Source: a virus (Duplodnaviria; Caudoviricetes). From it: a stretch of DNA of 60,552 nt. A program made the position numbers and the translations under genes. How positions within the stretch are numbered: position 1 is the stretch's first letter; each line of letters begins with the position of its first letter. Shown here one piece after another: positions 56,129 through 60,552 of this stretch. The notes below the pieces were generated by a model. It had not been told where the DNA came from. It searched no databases and was given only the letters and a program-made list of their open reading frames with translations. The stretch spans positions 1-60,552 of the IMG/VR virus record IMGVR_UViG_3300048548_000571; one strand, written 5' to 3'.

Positions 56129-56988
56129 TTTGTAAATGGTGATGAACTACGAAAAAAGAATTCCTGCAACAGATCATTCAGTTGATGTTCCTTGAAGTAT
56201 TCCAAAGGAACTTTCTTTCCACTGATATTTATCGAGTTATATTCATCGAGAATTTTCTGCTCGATCTCTTCAGGAACACAATCAAAATCAATCAGGTTAC
56301 GGTTGCGATGATAGTTCGCAAGTTGCTGTGTGTTGTCACAGAACTGTGATGGTTCTTGTGTGACCCACTTCGCTACCTTCTTTTGACTGATAGGTTTCTG
56401 CCTGACTCCTGCAACAAATGTGTCATCATCTGACAGGAAGTTAGGGATACCATCTGACTTGTCACCACGCATCACATGCTCCTTGATATATTGCCAAGGA
56501 TCATCGTGTGCTACAGGTCTTTTCGTGATTGGATTGTACTGTGTAATGCCTGGGTATTTCTGCAATTGAATGAAATCCTTATCCCCAGATAGAATAAGAA
56601 TCTTGTCCAGTGGTTCTTTGTTCTTACAGAGTGTAGAGATTACATCATCTGCTTCAGCACCATGGACTTCTACTACTTTGTAAGGAAAGTATTCTCTGAT
56701 CTCATCTCTGATCTTGTTTAGGACTTCAAAGATTGCTGTCCAGTTGTGAGATGATTCTGCTCTTGCTTTCTTTCTACTTGCTTTGTAGAAAGGAAAGATG
56801 TCCTTACGCCAGTAGTGTCTGCTATCGTATGCGAGAACAACTTCACCATATTCTTCGGTGTATTGTCTCTCATAAGAACGAAGACTGGTAAGGACCATAT
56901 GCCTCACCAGTTTTTCGTTCAGTTCACTTTGTTTGATCTGTGCCATCAGGTTACTAATCATAACCTGATTCATATCAATAATAACCAT
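56125..56988 (-). CDS. rnh: T4-type RNase H (5'-3' exonuclease)
   Basis: IDMNQ, YWRKD.FP.YK..RK, EADDVI, SGDKDF.QL, GDKSDGIPN. Confidence 0.93.
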   Translation of the reverse strand: MVIIDMNQVMISNLMAQIKQSELNEKLVRHMVLTSLRSYERQYTEEYGEVVLAYDSRHYWRKDIFPFYKASRKKARAESSHNWTAIFEVLNKIRDEIREYFPYKVVEVHGAEADDVISTLCKNKEPLDKILILSGDKDFIQLQKYPGITQYNPITKRPVAHDDPWQYIKEHVMRGDKSDGIPNFLSDDDTFVAGVRQKPISQKKVAKWVTQEPSQFCDNTQQLANYHRNRNLIDFDCVPEEIEQKILDEYNSINISGKKVPLEYFKEHQLNDLLQEFFFRSSSPFTK

Positions 56989-57208
56989 CCTCTTCAGGGT
57001 CCTCCTCGTCTACGAAACGTACAGATAAAAGTTCTTCGTTAACAACCATACCATCTTCGTCATACATTTCTGGGTGCTGTGGTAAATTACTTCTTGTGTT
57101 CATGTATGCATAGAGAAAATCGTTTGCTGTCCATCCAATCAGTGTACCAACAATCATGAATAACACCATCAAGATTGATGAAAATGTGAGGATAACTGCA
57201 GTAGTCAT
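56975..57208 (-). CDS. Small membrane protein
   Basis: Start MTTAVIL; one TM helix, then HPEMYDEDG. Confidence 0.68.
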   Translation of the reverse strand: MTTAVILTFSSILMVLFMIVGTLIGWTANDFLYAYMNTRSNLPQHPEMYDEDGMVVNEELLSVRFVDEEDPEEDGYY

Positions 57209-57221
57209 GGTCTTTCTCCTA

Positions 57222-57383
57222 TTAGGTAGATGTCTCCTCCTTCCAGGTAAATTCAAATCTTAATTGAAATACTTTGCCGAGGAGCGATAAAGTGTGTTTG
57301 ATCCTGATCCCCTTACCTGGGGGTTCCTTCGTCCTCCTCCGAAGCATTAACTCCACACCTTTATTTATCTCGGGTTCAGTCAT
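57222..57383 (-). CDS. 53-aa hypothetical protein (not in track)
   Basis: MTEPEINKGVELMLRRRTKEPPGKGIRIKHTLSLLGKVFQLRFEFTWKEETST; ATGA overlap. Confidence 0.6.
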   Translation of the reverse strand: MTEPEINKGVELMLRRRTKEPPGKGIRIKHTLSLLGKVFQLRFEFTWKEETST

Positions 57384-57631
57384 TTTCTCTTTGAGCTTAC
57401 GAGTCCTTTGTCGATCAAAAACTTTGCTGTCTGGTGGAGTCCTCCGATTGCTTCACCATCTATAATAACATACGGATACCCTTTTGCCAAGGGGTATTTC
57501 GTGACCATTGTCTCCCTGCTGATGTCCTGTCCAACCACGTAGGAATTGTACTCTAGGTTGGCACGTTTCATTAGGACTTTCACCTTGTCACAGTAACTAC
57601 AACCAGGGATAGTGAAAATTTGAATCTTCAT
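57380..57631 (-). CDS. nrdC: Glutaredoxin
   Basis: GCSYCDKVK, YPYVIIDG..IGG. Confidence 0.88.
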   Translation of the reverse strand: MKIQIFTIPGCSYCDKVKVLMKRANLEYNSYVVGQDISRETMVTKYPLAKGYPYVIIDGEAIGGLHQTAKFLIDKGLVSSKRK

Positions 57632-58218
57632 GGGATGTCAATTGAAAGGTTGAATGACAGAGAGATTCTTTCATCCTCTGTTGTGTTGCTGTTCACATTG
57701 TGTTGCAGGTTAGATGGGAACAACACCACTCTACCCTCTTCAGGTGGGATGCCCCAGACATTGTGGTGCAGTCCATAAAGTGCATGTCCCTGGGGAGAAT
57801 GCAACACCAGTTCACCTGATCCTTCTGATGCCTTGACCCAAAGGACACCAGAAAAGAAGGCGTGTGGATGGGTGTGTGGCATGTTCCAAGCACCGTTTGG
57901 GTTGGAGTTGAACCAGAGATTGTGAAGACCAAACTTGGTGCCTTGGAATCCACGTTCTGCAAATGCATCTGACATTAAGTCACATCCTGGTAAGAGTACA
58001 GTCTCCCAAATCCTATCACAAATAGAACGAAAGTCGGGGTCTTGGTGAATATCAGATGACGACTGATACCCACCCACGTTACTCACCTGTACAGTTTCAT
58101 ACTTACTCTTGTACTGCTTGGTGTAGTCAATGATGTCATTCCTATACTCATCAAAGTCAGGAATCATCGCGGTGTATACAGGAGTTGGAAACAACTCCAT
58201 CTTTCCATAATCAATCAC
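57628..58218 (-). CDS. Putative 2OG-Fe(II) oxygenase (TIGR02466-like)
   Basis: LFPTP, SNVGGYQS, WFN..HTHP..FSGV, LFPSNLQHNV, RISLSFN. Confidence 0.85.
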   Translation of the reverse strand: MIDYGKMELFPTPVYTAMIPDFDEYRNDIIDYTKQYKSKYETVQVSNVGGYQSSSDIHQDPDFRSICDRIWETVLLPGCDLMSDAFAERGFQGTKFGLHNLWFNSNPNGAWNMPHTHPHAFFSGVLWVKASEGSGELVLHSPQGHALYGLHHNVWGIPPEEGRVVLFPSNLQHNVNSNTTEDERISLSFNLSIDIP

Positions 58219-58442
58219 GCAAAACCTCCTTTGCTTTTCTTTTTCTTGGGATCAACCACATCCATATGCGATAGGAACTGACTAGGACACTGGAACCACC
58301 GTGCGTGTGCTACCTGCCAGTCCTCATACAGTTCTGACTGACCATTGGTGAACACAATCCTGTAGTGATGCCTGTCGTATGGTTTGTCACAGGTCTGCTT
58401 GAAGTACCTAGGATCGTTTGGTTTGATCAGATCGTAAGACAT
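58215..58442 (-). CDS. Conserved hypothetical protein
   Basis: F.QT.DKPYDRHHY pattern; ends KGGFA. Confidence 0.7.
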   Translation of the reverse strand: MSYDLIKPNDPRYFKQTCDKPYDRHHYRIVFTNGQSELYEDWQVAHARWFQCPSQFLSHMDVVDPKKKKSKGGFA

Positions 58443-58443
58443 T

Positions 58444-58465
58444 AAAAAAGGGGTCCGAAGACCCC
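58444..58465 (-). terminator. psbD terminator
   Basis: GGGGTC-TTCG-GACCCC-TTTTTT. Confidence 0.88.
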
Positions 58466-58472
58466 TAGTATA

Positions 58473-59528
58473 TCACAGAGCGTTGCCTCTTGGCAATACC
58501 TCTTCAGGAAATACAAAGTTTTCATGCGGTTGATCGACTGGTGCCAACCATGCACGTAGACCTTCATTCAATAGGATGTTCTTTGTGTAGAACGTCTCGA
58601 ACTCTGGATCTTCTGCTGCTCTGATCTCTTGGGATACAAAGTCATAAGCACGAAGGTTGAGAGCAAGACCAATAATACCGATGGAACTTGTCCACAGACC
58701 CATAACAGGAACAAAGAGCATAAAGAAATGCAACCACCTCTTATTACTAAATGCAATGCCAAAGATTTGAGACCAGAAACGGTTTGCTGTAACCATTGAA
58801 TAAGTCTCTTCCTCTTGTGTGGAATCGAATGCTTTGAAAGTGTTTGCTTGATCACCATCTTCATACAGAGTGTTCTCCACAGTGACACCGTGGATTGCTG
58901 ACAGCAGTGCTCCTCCCAGGATACCTGCAACACCCATCATATGGAATGGGTTGAGCGTCCAGTTATGGAAGCCCTGTAGGAAGAGTAGGAATCTAAATAT
59001 CGCTGCAACACCAAACGAGGGCGCAAAGAACCAACTGGACTGTCCGAGAGGATAGATGAGAAACACACTGACAAAAACAGCGATAGGCCCAGAGAACGCA
59101 ATAGCATTGTACGGACGAATTCCAATTAACCTAGCCAACTCGAATTGACGAAGCATGAAACCAATGAGGGCAAATGCACCGTGGAGAGCCACAAAAGCCC
59201 AGAGTCCCCCAAGTTGGACCCACCTGACGAAATCTCCTTGAGCTTCAGGACCCCAAAGTAGAAGAAGAGAATGACCCATAGAGTCAGCAGGCGTTGACAC
59301 AGCAGCTGTAAGGAAATTAGCACCTTCAAGGTAACTAGACGCAAGCCCGTGGGTATACCAGGAAGTAGCAAACGTCGTGCCAGTAAGCCAGCCCCCAATT
59401 GCGAGATAAGCAGTGGGAAAAAGAAGTAGTCCAGACCAACCCACAAAGACAAAGCGATCTCGTTTAATCCAGTCATCCAGGATGTCAAACCAGTCCCTCC
59501 TTGATTGTTTTAGCGTTGAAGCAACCAT
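58473..59528 (-). CDS. psbD: Photosystem II D2 protein
   Basis: [39 protein letters not shown]. Confidence 0.99.
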   Translation of the reverse strand: MVASTLKQSRRDWFDILDDWIKRDRFVFVGWSGLLLFPTAYLAIGGWLTGTTFATSWYTHGLASSYLEGANFLTAAVSTPADSMGHSLLLLWGPEAQGDFVRWVQLGGLWAFVALHGAFALIGFMLRQFELARLIGIRPYNAIAFSGPIAVFVSVFLIYPLGQSSWFFAPSFGVAAIFRFLLFLQGFHNWTLNPFHMMGVAGILGGALLSAIHGVTVENTLYEDGDQANTFKAFDSTQEEETYSMVTANRFWSQIFGIAFSNKRWLHFFMLFVPVMGLWTSSIGIIGLALNLRAYDFVSQEIRAAEDPEFETFYTKNILLNEGLRAWLAPVDQPHENFVFPEEVLPRGNAL

Positions 59529-59541
59529 AGTTATTTAACCA

Positions 59542-59835
59542 TTAGTAGAGTGATTCTTCTTGTTCTGTCAGGACTACCACATCCGAAGTTGGGTATGCCA
59601 CGCAGGTCAGAACAAAACCTGCTTCTAGTTGATCGTCATCCAGAAAGGATTGATCTTCTTGATCTACAGTACCCGATTCAATCTTACCAGCACAAGTAGA
59701 ACACGCACCAGCACGACAGGAATAAGGCAGATCAACACCTGCTTCATCAGCAGCGTCTAGAATATATTGATCATCCTCACAGGTGATATCATGATCACCT
59801 TCGGATGTCTTGAGTGTTACGTTAAAAGTTGTCAT
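59542..59835 (-). CDS. petF: Plant-type [2Fe-2S] ferredoxin
   Basis: Start MTTFNV; [23 protein letters not shown]. Confidence 0.97.
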   Translation of the reverse strand: MTTFNVTLKTSEGDHDITCEDDQYILDAADEAGVDLPYSCRAGACSTCAGKIESGTVDQEDQSFLDDDQLEAGFVLTCVAYPTSDVVVLTEQEESLY

Positions 59836-59848
59836 GTTTCCAGAAAAT

Positions 59849-59870
59849 AAAAAAGGACCCCGAAGGGTCC
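59849..59870 (-). terminator. psbA terminator
   Basis: GGACCC-TTCG-GGGTCC-TTTTTT. Confidence 0.85.
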
Positions 59871-59892
59871 TCATATTATACCACGTTTTCGA

Positions 59893-60552
<660 letters not shown>

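Overview
A ~60 kb piece of a T4-like marine cyanomyovirus genome; a Synechococcus-type host is inferred from psbA, psbD, cpeT and the tRNAs. From left to right it holds: an accessory block (carbamoyltransferase cut by the window edge, DenV-like glycosylase, CP12-like protein, several 2OG-Fe(II) oxygenases); a tail fibre/collar region with a 3693-aa virion protein; five tRNAs interleaved with an oxygenase gene and cpeT; the baseplate/tail module (gp5, hub, two tape-measure-like genes, gp51/gp26, tube-like gene, gp4, gp2, gp48, gp53); gp32, gp33, an exonuclease, phoH and thyX; a small-gene island; and rnh, glutaredoxin, psbD, petF and partial psbA. The most striking element is at 54.9-55.4 kb (minus strand): two interlocked glutamine-riboswitch-like aptamers, each carrying a whole small, mutually paralogous protein gene inside its P2 loop. 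They sit under a promoter with a perfect NtcA box, upstream of DUF4278-like peptide genes, and a second NtcA box lies 1 kb away. Together these look like a phage nitrogen-sensing module. Also notable are a candidate -1 frameshift fusing gp26 to gp51, and two genes whose stop codons are nucleotides 8-10 of the downstream tRNA. All calls come from motif recognition by eye; no searches were run, so novelty is unverified.
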